Source: an uncultured bacterium (lineage in GTDB: Bacteria > Babelota > Babeliae > Babelales > Vermiphilaceae). From it: a stretch of 64,000 nt of DNA. The notes under the pieces are model-generated. The model was not told the DNA's origin. It worked only from the letters and a program-made list of their open reading frames with translations, and did not search any database. Below are positions 1-10,990 of this stretch, piece after piece; the stretch's first letter is position 1; each line of letters starts with the position of its first letter. The DNA lies in the NCBI GenBank assembly GCA_963695335.1, contig OY968764.1, positions 512,001 through 576,000 of the forward strand, in the 5' to 3' direction. Made by a program: the position numbers and the translations under genes.

Positions 1-75
1 AGTCATTTTTTCATTTGAGGCATCTTCATAACGATAATGTCCACTAGTAGAAATAGTTAATTTAATAAATTCCAT
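1..75 (-). CDS. Putative immunity protein, 5' part only (MEFIKLTISTSGHYRYEDASNEKMT...)
   Basis: ATG at 75-73 directly abuts the toxin TAA (78-76); frame is open to the window edge; position is typical of a cognate immunity gene. Confidence 0.55.
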   Translation of the reverse strand, partial: MEFIKLTISTSGHYRYEDASNEKMT

Positions 76-803
76 TTAAATCCTTGCTTCTACGATAGGA
101 TAGGCTGTTGTGATTTGACCATTTTTGGTTATATACATTTCAATTTCTATGCCTTCGCTTGTAAAACCGCTAATTATATATTTTCCACCAGATTCTTTTT
201 TGGCAATCGCTCCACTTTTTATAAAGTCGTCATATGCTTCACCTATTTTGCGAACTACTTCTTCACGTGACCAATGTTGAGGAAAAAACGTTTTATTGGG
301 TATTCGTGAACCGTCTATCACTAAATCCGTAAGATAACATCCATTTTTTTCAATGCCTTTTTCTATAAATTGAACGGCACCACTATTTTTTACAGCACCC
401 TTTAAATCATGGTGAAATCCTCCGATTCCCGACACTCTTCCTTTTTTAGACCATCCTAAACCTTCTAGAGTAAAAATATGCTCATATGGTAATTGGACTT
501 TTTGATTTTTACACTCAGCAAAACCATATCTATGGTTACCAAAGACGTTTTTTAATGAATCTAATTCTTTTTTAAAGTTACCCAAGACATTAATTTTTTC
601 ACTTTCTAGCAACGTTTTACTGCTATTGATGATAGCTTTTACACTGCCACTCTTATTCATATTGTGCATAGCATCAGACATTTTTATTGTAATGCCTTCG
701 GCTGTCACTAAAATAGGATTGTCAGCCAGATGCGTATCAAAGCCTTTTTTGAATGTACGTGCTACAGCAGTAGTGGATTTGCCAAGTTTTTCTAATACAT
801 CTA

Positions 804-1781
804 ACGTGAGTTCGATCTAAGAAAATTTTAAAAAAAAATTCATTACGATATCCTTTTAAAAACAATCAAACTTAAAAAAGGGTATTGTAATGAATTTGAC
901 TACTATTTTCTACCATTGTGATGAATTTTGCAAATTTTTTGAAAAAGAGTTTCCAATCCGTGTTCTTTCTGATGGGAAAAATATTAGAAAAAGGAATGGA
1001 TCTTTAAAGCTTAGTGAAACTATGACGATTGTCATTTATTATCAGCAATCTGGCTATAAAACATTCAAGGATTATTACACAAAAAGTGATGAATTAAAAT
1101 CAGCGTTCCCTGGTCTTACAAGCTATAATCGTTTTGTAGAATTACAACAAAAAATTACAATGCCTTTAGCTATTTTTACAAAATTATATGCGCTTGGAAA
1201 ATGTGATGGCAATTCATACATTGACAGTTTTTCACTGTCTGTAAGTCATCAAAAAAGAATATCTTCTCATAAAACCTTTAAAGGATTAGCCGCTCGAGGA
1301 AAAACAAGTGTGGGTTGGTTTTACGGATTCAAAGTTCATGTAATTATCAATGGTTGGGGAGAAATTATTGATTTTTGTATCACCTCAGGAAATGTTGTTG
1401 ATAATAATACAAAAGTTATTGAAAAAATAACTGAAAAAATTCATGGAAAAGTTTATGGAGATAAAGGCTATTTGCTTAATTCAGAACTGTTTCAAAAGCT
1501 TTACTCTAAAGGCATTCATATTGTTACAAAAATTCGAAATAATATGAAAAATAAGCTTATGGATGTTAAAGATAAAATCATGTTAAAAAAACGTGGAATC
1601 ATTGAGTCTGTTGGAGCAATTCTTAAGGAGGATCTTAATATTGAACATTCACGATATCGTAGTCCAAGATCATTGATTATAAATGTATTTGCAGCTTTAG
1701 CTTCTTACGGATTTCGAAAAAAAAAGCCATCAATATACAAAAAAAGCTTTTTTCTATTGACGGCTTAGATCGAACTCACGT
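804..1781 (+). mobile_element. IS982-family insertion sequence
   Basis: Perfect 18-bp terminal inverted repeats acgtgagttcgatctaag (804-821) / cttagatcgaactcacgt (1764-1781); 8-bp target duplication tacatcta (796-803, 1782-1789). Confidence 0.93.
890..1768 (+). CDS. IS982-family DDE transposase
   Basis: Motifs SYNRFVEL, IDS, GWFYGFKVH, GDKGY, KRGIIESV, EHSRYRS. Confidence 0.92.
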   Translation: MNLTTIFYHCDEFCKFFEKEFPIRVLSDGKNIRKRNGSLKLSETMTIVIYYQQSGYKTFKDYYTKSDELKSAFPGLTSYNRFVELQQKITMPLAIFTKLYALGKCDGNSYIDSFSLSVSHQKRISSHKTFKGLAARGKTSVGWFYGFKVHVIINGWGEIIDFCITSGNVVDNNTKVIEKITEKIHGKVYGDKGYLLNSELFQKLYSKGIHIVTKIRNNMKNKLMDVKDKIMLKKRGIIESVGAILKEDLNIEHSRYRSPRSLIINVFAALASYGFRKKKPSIYKKSFFLLTA

Positions 1782-3033
1782 TACATCTATCTCTTTAAGA
1801 AAATTATAAGCGGCGCCAAGGCCTTCGCAGACCATAACATCCGCCATGAATTGGCCTATAAAAACAGCGTATTGATCACCGGTCACGTCTTGTAGCGGTT
1901 CCATTATTTCGCAGAAAACATCAATGCGTTGCTGATATTCTTCTGGAGATAAATATAATTTTCCAACGGTAAGGTCTGATGTAAAATGAGCGGTATTTAT
2001 TATCAGTTCAGTGAGTGTGTATGTTGTAGTGATGCCATTGTGCATTACAGCAATAGGATCATTCCATAGAGCAGCGCCTCCTTTTTTTAAAAGTGATCTG
2101 AGGTCGCAGGCAAGATGTCCCATGTTAGAAACTTGCGTAACTGGATTAAGTCCTTTGAAAAAAGCGCCAAATCCTTTCAATAATAGTTCCGATGATCGTT
2201 GTAATACTGGATGTGTGCCGCTCAAAATAGCATGTGCTAGTTGTTGCATGTCACCCAATGTACGACTAACCATTGAGAAATTAAAGATGAATGTAGGGTG
2301 ATCTTTTGCTGTTCTGATAGCATCTATGGAGTTATAAACGTGTAATTCTATTTTGAGCAAATTGCTGAAGTTACAAAGACGTGCATTACCAAATATATGT
2401 TGCGCAAGATCATTCATTTCATTGGCTACTGACTCATAACTATTATTATTCTCAAGAATTTTTACAGCAGCTTGATTCACATCAATAGCCATAAAAGATT
2501 CAGCAAGTTTTATATGATCCGTTCGTGCTTCATATGTTTTATGAGCAAGTCCAACAATGTTTTTGCCAAATGATTTTTTAATGTATTCTTTTTGTGCGGT
2601 GGGGGCAGTGAGATAACGTTCTTCAAAAACTTTATTTACTTGTTTATCAAGACGAACCAGTTCTGCGTGAGCAATTGGTAAATCTTTATGCTTTATGTTG
2701 TCGATAATTGCTCGCATAGTGTTTGCAGTGCGGGATTGTTTTTCTGGTGCAGCAATATAATCAGCTCGAGATACATAACAGTTTTGCGCAGCACTTAAAA
2801 CATCAAAACCGTAGTGATCAACAGTCCATTGTGTAATTTGATCGTTGTTGGTCAGATTTTTTTCTTGCGCTTGATTATGTATTTGTGTTTCAAGATTTAC
2901 CATTTCTGTAATAGCTCTTTCAAGTGACGGAGCACGCCGAATGGCAGCAAGTATCATAGTAATTGGATCATGCAAAGCTTTTTCTGTTATTGCAAGACAA
3001 GCATTAGCAGTAAAATCATATTTTTTATTGTTA

Positions 3034-3883
3034 GGTTCTGTTGAGTTTTTGAAAAGATAAGTTTTGAAGTATGATAACACCGAAAAAGCAAAAACCAAAT
3101 CACTAAAACGGTGCTATCATGAAAAAAGAGTATATCAGCGAAATGGCCTGGAGCAAAATTTTTAATTTTTTAAAACAGCAAAAAAACATTTATATAAAAG
3201 AAGAAAAGGACTGTAAAAAGTTTATAGAAGGGACATTTTGGATGGCAAGAACAGGAGCACAATGGAGAGAGTTGCCGGAAAAATATGGAAATTGGAATAG
3301 TGTGTTCAGCAGATTTAATGCTTGGTCAAAAAAACATATTTGGGAAAAATTACTCAGTTTTTGTGCAGAGGATCCCGATATGGAATATGTAATGATTGAT
3401 GCCACGATAGTCCGCGCACATGCCTGTTCTGCTGGATATGATCAATTTAAAAATGAAGGACTGGGAAGAAGTAAAGGTGGTTTTACAAGTAAGATACATG
3501 CAACAGTAGATGCTTTAGGCAATCCTTTAAGATTTGTTATTACTCCTGGTCAGCGTAATGATATTACTCAGGCTGATATTTTATTAAAAGATATTTCTGA
3601 ATCATATGTAATAGCGGATAAAGGATATGATTCCACTGAATTACGTTCGAAATTAATAGAAAAAAATTGTGTTCCCGTTATTCCTCCAAGATCCAATCGT
3701 AAAGAACAATATCAATATGATGAACATCTATATAAAGAGAGACATGCGATTGAATGCTTGTTTTCAAAGATAAAACACTTTAGAAGAGTGTTTGCTCGTT
3801 TTGATAAATCGGCACGAAATTTTTTATCTTTTCTTTCTTTTGTGGGAACTTGCATATGGTTACGATGAAAACTCAACAGAACC
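3034..3883 (+). mobile_element. IS5-family insertion sequence (TA target)
   Basis: 16-bp inverted repeats ggttctgttgagtttt (3034-3049) / aaaactcaacagaacc (3868-3883), flanked by duplicated TA. Confidence 0.9.
3119..3868 (+). CDS. IS5-family transposase
   Basis: RTGAQWRELP, IDATIVRAH, GRSKGGFTSKIH, ADKGYD, YKERHAIECLFSKIKHFRR. Confidence 0.93.
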   Translation: MKKEYISEMAWSKIFNFLKQQKNIYIKEEKDCKKFIEGTFWMARTGAQWRELPEKYGNWNSVFSRFNAWSKKHIWEKLLSFCAEDPDMEYVMIDATIVRAHACSAGYDQFKNEGLGRSKGGFTSKIHATVDALGNPLRFVITPGQRNDITQADILLKDISESYVIADKGYDSTELRSKLIEKNCVPVIPPRSNRKEQYQYDEHLYKERHAIECLFSKIKHFRRVFARFDKSARNFLSFLSFVGTCIWLR

Positions 3884-5030
3884 TAGTAACGATGTCAAAA
3901 CATATATTTTTGCGTTGATTATAAAGAGTAGCAATATCACCTTTTTGTTGTAATAAAATGCATTTTTCTTTGTAATGTTGAATGGATTGTTGTTCTTGTT
4001 CAGTGGCATAGACAGCAATATAATCTTGACGAGAAAAAAGATCTTGTTCGGCGATCCTTATTATATCCTCTCCGATAATGGAATGTATAAATCTTTCTTC
4101 CATATAGTTGTAAAACAAGGGCACTAAAAATTGATATTCACGGTCATACGGGAATAAAGCGTGTAATGTATTAAGAGCTGCATAGGCAGTGCTCGGATCA
4201 GCATAAAGAATCTGCTCGAGTAATTGTGTTATTTCTCCAGATATTGATTTGTCGATAAAAATTATCTCTTTTGGAACAAATTTAAAATTTTTTCTCCCAA
4301 CAACATCTTTAGTGCGGCATTCTAAGGTGTTTTTTTTAAGGAGTTGTAATTGTTTTTGAACAGTAGGGAGTTTTAATGCAGTAATAATATCATTACTATT
4401 ATTAATTTTAAAATTAACAGTTATTGGACTTATAGCAGCAGAAGATATTTTTTTGTTATGTATTTGTCGGTTATATTCTCTTGCTATTTTGTCTAGTTTA
4501 GTTATTTCTAGATTGCTGAAATTTGTAGATTTGTTTTGTGCTATTTGATTTTCATATATTTCTTGTTTTCGTGTATCGTTAAGTTGATCTTCTGAAAACT
4601 TTTTTTTCCAATCATCATCATACGAAGATGTTGTTGAATTGGAGTTGTTATTATCTTGAGAAGGTGACTCTACAGATGTTGATTTTGCATCATCACGATA
4701 TACGTAGACATCTTCTCTCACTTCCACTTCGAGTGTCTCTTTATTTATACAAACCCCAGTATATGTATCATAATTGTCATGATTAGTAACAGACAATGCA
4801 TGAGTATGAGTAGTTTTATCACATGTATGTCCATTGGAAGACGAATTGCCAAGATCAAATGACTGGCGTCCAGTAGATGTAGTAGATTCGCTTGTTGAAG
4901 TAAATCCAGCATCCTCAACGTTCCAATCATTAAAGCCTACAATAGTAATTTTAGCATATGTTGTAGAGCATATAAGTAATGTAATGATTGCATGCGATAT
5001 GTGTTTTTTTATTGGTAATATCATAATTGT

Positions 5031-6386
5031 TTAGTGTGTTTTAAGGAGTGCATGAGAATATTGTATTAAAAATTTTGATTCTTTTATAAAGATAAGCACA
5101 TTTACTGCAACAGAAAGAGGTACGCCCCATTTCTTTATTTTTTCATATATTTTTTCTGTCATATTTTCTTGTAATACTTCTGCTTCATCGTGTAATTGAT
5201 TAAGCGCTTGCTGAAAGTGAGTGCGAGTTAACACAATAGGGACTTCAGTTTTGACACTGTCTTGTCCTGAATAGTAAAACATTTTTGCACTATCAATAAT
5301 CAGTTGCACATCGCGTAAAGAGCAATTTTGTATGTGCTGTAACATGTGAGTGATAAATTCATCAGTTACTGAATCATCAAGTGTGACTGATTGGTCATGC
5401 GTGATGCTATTGATAAAAGTTTGAATTTTTTGATTGTTATTAAGCAGTGGCATTTTAATAATTTTTCCAGAAAATCGGCTTTTTATTTCTGGTGGCAATT
5501 TAGTGACATCGTTTGCTGTGCCAATAATAATAATGTTAGGGTTTTCTTTTTCAATTTTATCTAAAGCAAGCCAAAATGCGGCAGCACTTTGGGAGTCATC
5601 TGATTGGCTATTGGTATGATGTTCAAACAATTTATGCAGTTCATCAATGATAATTACCTTGGGTAATCTATTTTGAGTATGTTCTTGTAGGCATTTTTCT
5701 ATATTATTAGATGTTTGATTTCTAAAATGGCCGAGTAATGAGGTTGCAGGAATAAATACTACTGGGTAGTTAAGCATATGTGCTATTGCGTATGCCAGTG
5801 TTGTTTTTCCTGTTCCTGGTTGCCCTACCAAAATAAATCGATGAAAAGAGGGTACAAGATCTATTTTGTGCGATGCATTTTTATTATGTTGAGATGATTG
5901 CAAATAAGTGAAAATTCCTTTTAATAAAGCAGGTGCATTATCTATTGAAGATTCTAAAAGCCATTGTGGTATTTTTATTGGTAGTGGTTCTATTGAATGA
6001 GGTTGTTTTGAATTTTGAGTTGAGAGCTGTTCTTGCTCCAGTGGTTTTGCTTTTTCAAAAAAATCTGGATAGCGGTCTTTAAGAATAGCATAACCTTCTG
6101 GTCCAGTGCCAATGTAAGTAAATGTTAATATAACTTTTCCTTCGATAGCCATTTTATCTTGTAATACTACATTTCTTTCGACGTGTCTTTTTTCTGGTCG
6201 GGATTGTTCTGTCTGTGTAATAACTGGAATTTCATCTTTGTATAAAGGCTTCAATGGAGGTAAATCATTTATAGATTTTTGAGAATCATTTTTGTTTGAA
6301 ATGGCAGGTTTTTTTAATGACTTAGGTTTACTGAATAATAAAGAACTTGAAGCAATAATAAGTGTTATAAATATAAATTTTTTCAT
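5031..6386 (-). CDS. AAA+ ATPase with N-terminal signal peptide
   Basis: Walker A GQPGTGKT, Walker B IIIDE, sensor GTAN, SRF arginine finger; start MKKFIF at 6386 overlaps the upstream stop (ATGA). Confidence 0.85.
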   Translation of the reverse strand: MKKFIFITLIIASSSLLFSKPKSLKKPAISNKNDSQKSINDLPPLKPLYKDEIPVITQTEQSRPEKRHVERNVVLQDKMAIEGKVILTFTYIGTGPEGYAILKDRYPDFFEKAKPLEQEQLSTQNSKQPHSIEPLPIKIPQWLLESSIDNAPALLKGIFTYLQSSQHNKNASHKIDLVPSFHRFILVGQPGTGKTTLAYAIAHMLNYPVVFIPATSLLGHFRNQTSNNIEKCLQEHTQNRLPKVIIIDELHKLFEHHTNSQSDDSQSAAAFWLALDKIEKENPNIIIIGTANDVTKLPPEIKSRFSGKIIKMPLLNNNQKIQTFINSITHDQSVTLDDSVTDEFITHMLQHIQNCSLRDVQLIIDSAKMFYYSGQDSVKTEVPIVLTRTHFQQALNQLHDEAEVLQENMTEKIYEKIKKWGVPLSVAVNVLIFIKESKFLIQYSHALLKTH

Positions 6387-7738
6387 TGTTTTGTCTTTCT
6401 TTGCCAAGGCCATTTTTTTCTTTCTTCTTCAGCTTCTTTTTCAATGATAGTTTCTTTTTCACGAGTTTTTTTCATCATGTCATTATAAAGTTTTTTTTGT
6501 TCATCTGAGATAAGAGAATATTCTTTTTTGATACCATCTTTATAATGGGTATAATGTAAGTTAAGACCACTTTTTACATCGTTACCTGTATATACATCGC
6601 TGTTTGGGTTTGCGGATGCTTGTATTATTTGTTGTTGAACAAAATGTATTTGTTGCATGTCCATATTTTCTTTGTGATGACGGTTTTGTCGTTCTTCATC
6701 AGTTTCTTCTTCAAGATTGTAATTTGACTCCATTTTTTGTCTTAGGTATTGATCGGTTGCATAAGTGATAGCAGCTTGTTTAATAATTAAAGGTGAGGAT
6801 GGGGTTGTTTGATTTATTTTGCTTGTTCTGCATATTACTTTTGAGATATTTTCTAAATCACGCCCAGAAGAATCTCCCATTTTTTCTACTTCTTGAATCA
6901 GAAAGTCATCAGTTACTTCTTTATCGAGCATGGTATGTGGGTTTGTTAAATAATCACGAAGAAATTGCATTTTAATTGTGGAATCGGTCATGAGTGGGAA
7001 TTTTATGCAATCAGGAAGAATTCTATTTTTGTATGGTTTGGGTAGTTTGTTGATACGATTCATAGTTCCAATAAAAAAGAAATCTTTGTTGCCACTTTGT
7101 TGATCAAGAAACATCCATAATGCTTTTGATGTTGCATCTGTATCATGATGTTTACTTTCACTGTTTTCTAGCAATAGATTGAGCTCATCAATAATCAAAA
7201 TGGTTGGTTTTTTTGAAGCTTTAATCGCATCAAGCTCTCTTTCAAGTCGCATAGCTGTGTGATTACGCTGTTCTCCGAGTAGAGAAGTACTTGATATAAT
7301 TTTATATTCCCAACCATGTTCAATCATTTTGTGTGCAATAGCTTTAGCCATTGTTGTTTTACCTGAACCAGGTTCGCCAACAAATATTGCTGATCGGTAA
7401 TCTTCATTAAGAGGGAAAAAAGTAGGGTTTTGTAAATGGTTAACAATGAACCGCGCTTCTTTTGGAGAAGATTTGAATACTAAGCTCATTTTTTTCATAT
7501 CGAGCTCAGTAAAAGCAAGTGATTGTGTAGCGGACAGAGTTGTTTCTTGTTGTTGCGGGTAATGGTGATGATGGTGTTGATGATAATGATTATGTTGTTG
7601 CGCGCTAAGAGCATTGTGGATTAGTTCTAATATATCTGATTCGTCGAATGGTTTTATAGGAGGAGGAGAATTGTCTACTGCTAATGAACTGTTAAAAAGA
7701 CACAATGATAGGAAAATAATTCCATAGTTATATGGCAT
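6383..7738 (-). CDS. AAA+ ATPase with N-terminal signal peptide and His-rich tract
   Basis: GEPGSGKT, LIIDE, GTMN; GGAG RBS before MPYNYG at 7738; paralog of the downstream ATPase. Confidence 0.85.
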   Translation of the reverse strand: MPYNYGIIFLSLCLFNSSLAVDNSPPPIKPFDESDILELIHNALSAQQHNHYHQHHHHHYPQQQETTLSATQSLAFTELDMKKMSLVFKSSPKEARFIVNHLQNPTFFPLNEDYRSAIFVGEPGSGKTTMAKAIAHKMIEHGWEYKIISSTSLLGEQRNHTAMRLERELDAIKASKKPTILIIDELNLLLENSESKHHDTDATSKALWMFLDQQSGNKDFFFIGTMNRINKLPKPYKNRILPDCIKFPLMTDSTIKMQFLRDYLTNPHTMLDKEVTDDFLIQEVEKMGDSSGRDLENISKVICRTSKINQTTPSSPLIIKQAAITYATDQYLRQKMESNYNLEEETDEERQNRHHKENMDMQQIHFVQQQIIQASANPNSDVYTGNDVKSGLNLHYTHYKDGIKKEYSLISDEQKKLYNDMMKKTREKETIIEKEAEEERKKWPWQRKTKQ

Positions 7739-7922
7739 GTGGTTACTCCGAAAAAAAACATTATGAAACACTGTTGTTTTTTCATTGTAATGAATTTTTT
7801 GTAATAAACAAATTTTTTATAAAATGTTGGTTGATGAGAGTGATTGTTCAGATAGGATTTATCGGCAACTTCAAAATGGTGAAGCAATAACATAGTTAAT
7901 TATATTGTGTTGAAATAAAAAA

Positions 7923-7953
7923 ATCTCTTTTTATGGTAATTCATAAAGAGGGA
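7923..7953. terminator. Hairpin (putative terminator) at the end of rarA
   Basis: atctctttttatg-gtaatt-cataaagagggat with T/A tails; near-identical copy at 10959-10990. Confidence 0.55.
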
Positions 7954-9095
7954 TTTTTTAAATATTTTTTACCTTTAATCTTTTCAGGTAATAAATCATC
8001 CGTTGTATATTTTTGGTAATTTTTCCCATACCCCAACTCTTTCATTAATGGCGTAGGTGCATTGCGGATATTCATAGGAATAGGTAAATTACCAAACTGT
8101 TTAACATCAGAAGTTGCGGCAAGATATGCATAATATGAAGATCTATCTTTTTGAGCTTGAGATAAATAACAAACACCGTGAGCTAAATTAATGGCACATT
8201 CTGGATAGCCGATAATTTCCACTGCTCTGAAAACATTATTTGCTATTGTTAACGCATAAGGATCTGCTAATCCAATATCTTCTGAAGCAAAGATAACCAT
8301 ACGTCTTGCGATAAATTTAGGATCTTCTCCCGCTTCTATCATTCGTGTTAAATAATATAATGCTGCATCAGGCTGGCTAGCACGCATTGATTTTATAAAA
8401 GCAGAGATAGTATTGTAATGTTCCTCTGCTTTTTTATCATAGCGTAAAAAACTGTTCTGTATTGTATTTTGAAGATTTTCTAGGGTAATTTTTTTATAGA
8501 GTGCGTACGTGTTTTCAATGACGTTTAATGCTTGGCGCGCATCACCATTTGCCATTGAAGTAATCCAATCTGAAGCCTCTTCATTTATTGCAATATCTGT
8601 TCGTTGAATAATCTGTTTCATGTCATCAGCAGATAATTCTTTTAAGACAAAAACGCGACATCGTGAAAGAAGCGCTGGTATAACTTCAAAGCTGGGATTC
8701 TCTGTTGTTGCGCCAATAAGAATCAATTCTCCTGATTCAACATATGGTAATAAAAAATCTTGTTGTGCTTTAGTAAACCGATGTATTTCATCCAAAAACA
8801 GTACTTTTATACTAGTATCGTTTTTTTTGATAATTTGCTTAATATCATCTTTTCCAGCCGATACAGCTGAAAATTCATAAAAAGAGGCTTGGATAGCGTT
8901 GGCATATATTCGGGCCAATGTGGTTTTTCCAACACCTGGAGGACCCCATAAAATAAAGCTAAAAATATGTTGTTTTTCAATAGCTATGCGTAAAGGTTTT
9001 TCTGGACCAACTAAATGGTGTTGGCCAATAAATTCATCCAAAGATAAGGGTCTGATTTTTGTAGCCAAAGGCTCATGAAAGTGATTTTTTGCCAT
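7941..9095 (-). CDS. rarA: Replication-associated recombination protein A (RarA/MgsA)
   Basis: PLAx[52 protein letters not shown] before 9095. Confidence 0.95.
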   Translation of the reverse strand: MAKNHFHEPLATKIRPLSLDEFIGQHHLVGPEKPLRIAIEKQHIFSFILWGPPGVGKTTLARIYANAIQASFYEFSAVSAGKDDIKQIIKKNDTSIKVLFLDEIHRFTKAQQDFLLPYVESGELILIGATTENPSFEVIPALLSRCRVFVLKELSADDMKQIIQRTDIAINEEASDWITSMANGDARQALNVIENTYALYKKITLENLQNTIQNSFLRYDKKAEEHYNTISAFIKSMRASQPDAALYYLTRMIEAGEDPKFIARRMVIFASEDIGLADPYALTIANNVFRAVEIIGYPECAINLAHGVCYLSQAQKDRSSYYAYLAATSDVKQFGNLPIPMNIRNAPTPLMKELGYGKNYQKYTTDDLLPEKIKGKKYLKNPSL

Positions 9096-9259
9096 GATAA
9101 TTCTCCTATAATTAATAATATAGATATTGACAAAAATGTCAATATCATTAATTACAGAATGAATTAATATATAGATTGGTCGGCATATTATCAAATTGTC
9201 CAGGAAGCACCTGGACAAGTACAAATTTTATCGAGCAACGAAGATTAAGCAGTTAATTA

Positions 9260-10138
9260 TTATTCATTGTTATATGTAACAGGAAATCGTTTTTCTACAA
9301 AGGCTGTCATGCCTGTTTTTTGATCTTTACGAGCGAATGTAGCATTGAAAAGATTGCGTTCAATTTTTAAACCTGAAGAAAGAGGGGCTTCAAACGCTTG
9401 ATGTATCGCTTCGATAACATCCATGCAGGCAGGAAGAGAATATGATGCTATTTCATGTGCTATTTTTAATGCTTCTTCTTATAACATATCATCTGGCACA
9501 ATGTAGCTTACAAGTCCTGCTTTTTCAGCTTCTTGCGCGTCCATTTTTCGACCAGTTAAGCAATAATACATTGCTTTTCCTTTTCCTATAGAACGAGGTA
9601 AAAACTGAGTTCCTCCTCCTCCAGGGATGGTTGCTAATGTAATTTCGGGTTGAGAAAACTGAGCATTTTGGCTAGCAATAATAAAATTACAATGTTGAGC
9701 AAGTTCACATCCGCCACCTAAGGCTTGGCCTGCAACAGCAGCAAAAATTGGTTTGCGAAAATTACGTATTGTTTCCCATCCTGTTGAAAGGAAATTACGA
9801 TTATATGCATCCATATAATTTTTGTTGTGCATTTCTTTTATATTGGCTCCAGCAGAGAAAAATTTTTGAGAGCCTGTTAGAATCACGCAATGAATTTCTT
9901 TATCTTTTTCACATTGCTTTAAGATGAAATCTAAATTTTGCATAACGTCTTCGCTCAGCGCATTAACGGGAGGGTTATTGAGTTTGATCATGCCCACTTT
10001 ATTAATTTTATTGAAAAGGAGAAATTTATATTTTGTTGATGCGAGCATAGCTTTGATAGAAATGGTGGTTGATGCCAAATTTAATAGAGTTACAATGGTA
10101 ATGATATGTAATTTTGTAATCTTGGATAACATACTCAA
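9260..10138 (-). pseudogene. Enoyl-CoA hydratase/crotonase with in-frame nonsense codon
   Basis: FSAGANIKE, ALGGGCELA, PEITLATIPGGGGTQ; after TAA at 9481-9479 the same frame continues EEALKIAHEIA...GMTAFVEKR to a stop at 9260. Confidence 0.85.
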
Positions 10139-10360
10139 GCTCCTTTATTTTGATTTTTTTTGATCGATGATAGTGTAGCAGAAGGGGAAGGGGATTGTTA
10201 TATGAAAAACTTGATTGGTTCGCAATTTTGCTGCGAATTTCTATTGTGAAATATTATAAAATTATAAGAATGTTTATAAAACCATTGTTTTTTACCCCCC
10301 CCATCTGATATTGTTATAATTGAAATAAATATTGTTAGTTTTCAAAAAAGGGGTGTTTTT

Positions 10361-10867
10361 ATGAAGAAGTTATGTTTATTGTCGGGGATGATGGCATTTA
10401 GCTTGGTTGTTAACGCGGATATTACTAATAATCAAGGAAATCTCAAAACCCCAGGGAATATTACAGAAGAAGAACGTCAGAAAATAGAACAAGTTCAATG
10501 GGGTAAAATTACACGTCAAGAAGAACTTGCTCGTCCAGCAACTTATAAAATGCTTGATTCGTTAATTAGGCCGCTATCTGTATCAGGCCTCAGAGAAGAA
10601 GAGGTGGTTGACTGGACAACTGTTTTTGCAATTCTTGATTCAATGCGAGGAGTTATTGATGTTAACGAATACTGTACTCCGCTTCGCAATACATTGCTTG
10701 GATTGGCAGCAGAAGAGGAAAATATACCAGTGATAAGGATATTATGTGAAAAATATAATGCCAATCCTTATCGAGCATGTTATCAGGGAGCTCCATCTCC
10801 ATTAGATCAAAAGGTACCCAATGCTAGAGTGCGTGATGTGTTACGTTACTATGCTAGGAATTTTTAA
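10361..10867 (+). CDS. Secreted hypothetical protein with ankyrin-like repeat
   Basis: Signal peptide; TLLGLAAEEENIPVIRILCEKYNANP. Confidence 0.6.
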   Translation: MKKLCLLSGMMAFSLVVNADITNNQGNLKTPGNITEEERQKIEQVQWGKITRQEELARPATYKMLDSLIRPLSVSGLREEEVVDWTTVFAILDSMRGVIDVNEYCTPLRNTLLGLAAEEENIPVIRILCEKYNANPYRACYQGAPSPLDQKVPNARVRDVLRYYARNF

Positions 10868-10958
10868 ATAAAAAAGATTTTGGTAAATATATAAGAAGAG
10901 TTGTTTTTTTAACAAGATGTAGTTTGAAAAAAAATTAAGATAAAGTATTGTTAGTAGG

Positions 10959-10990
10959 ATCCCTTTTTATGGTAATTCATAAAGAGGGAT
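10959..10990. terminator. Hairpin (putative terminator), copy of 7923-7953
   Basis: atccctttttatg-gtaatt-cataaagagggat followed by a T tract. Confidence 0.6.

Larger units (their letters stand above)
76..5024 (-). pseudogene. Secreted polymorphic toxin with C-terminal bacterial EndoU nuclease domain, ~1036 aa when restored, interrupted by two IS elements
   Basis: Segments 5024-3884, 3031-1782 and 795-76 join in frame (3111 nt) after removing both IS and one target copy each; N-terminal signal peptide; C-terminal EndoU-like motifs YEHIF, GGFHH, KTFFPQHWS, ITTAYP. Confidence 0.85.
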
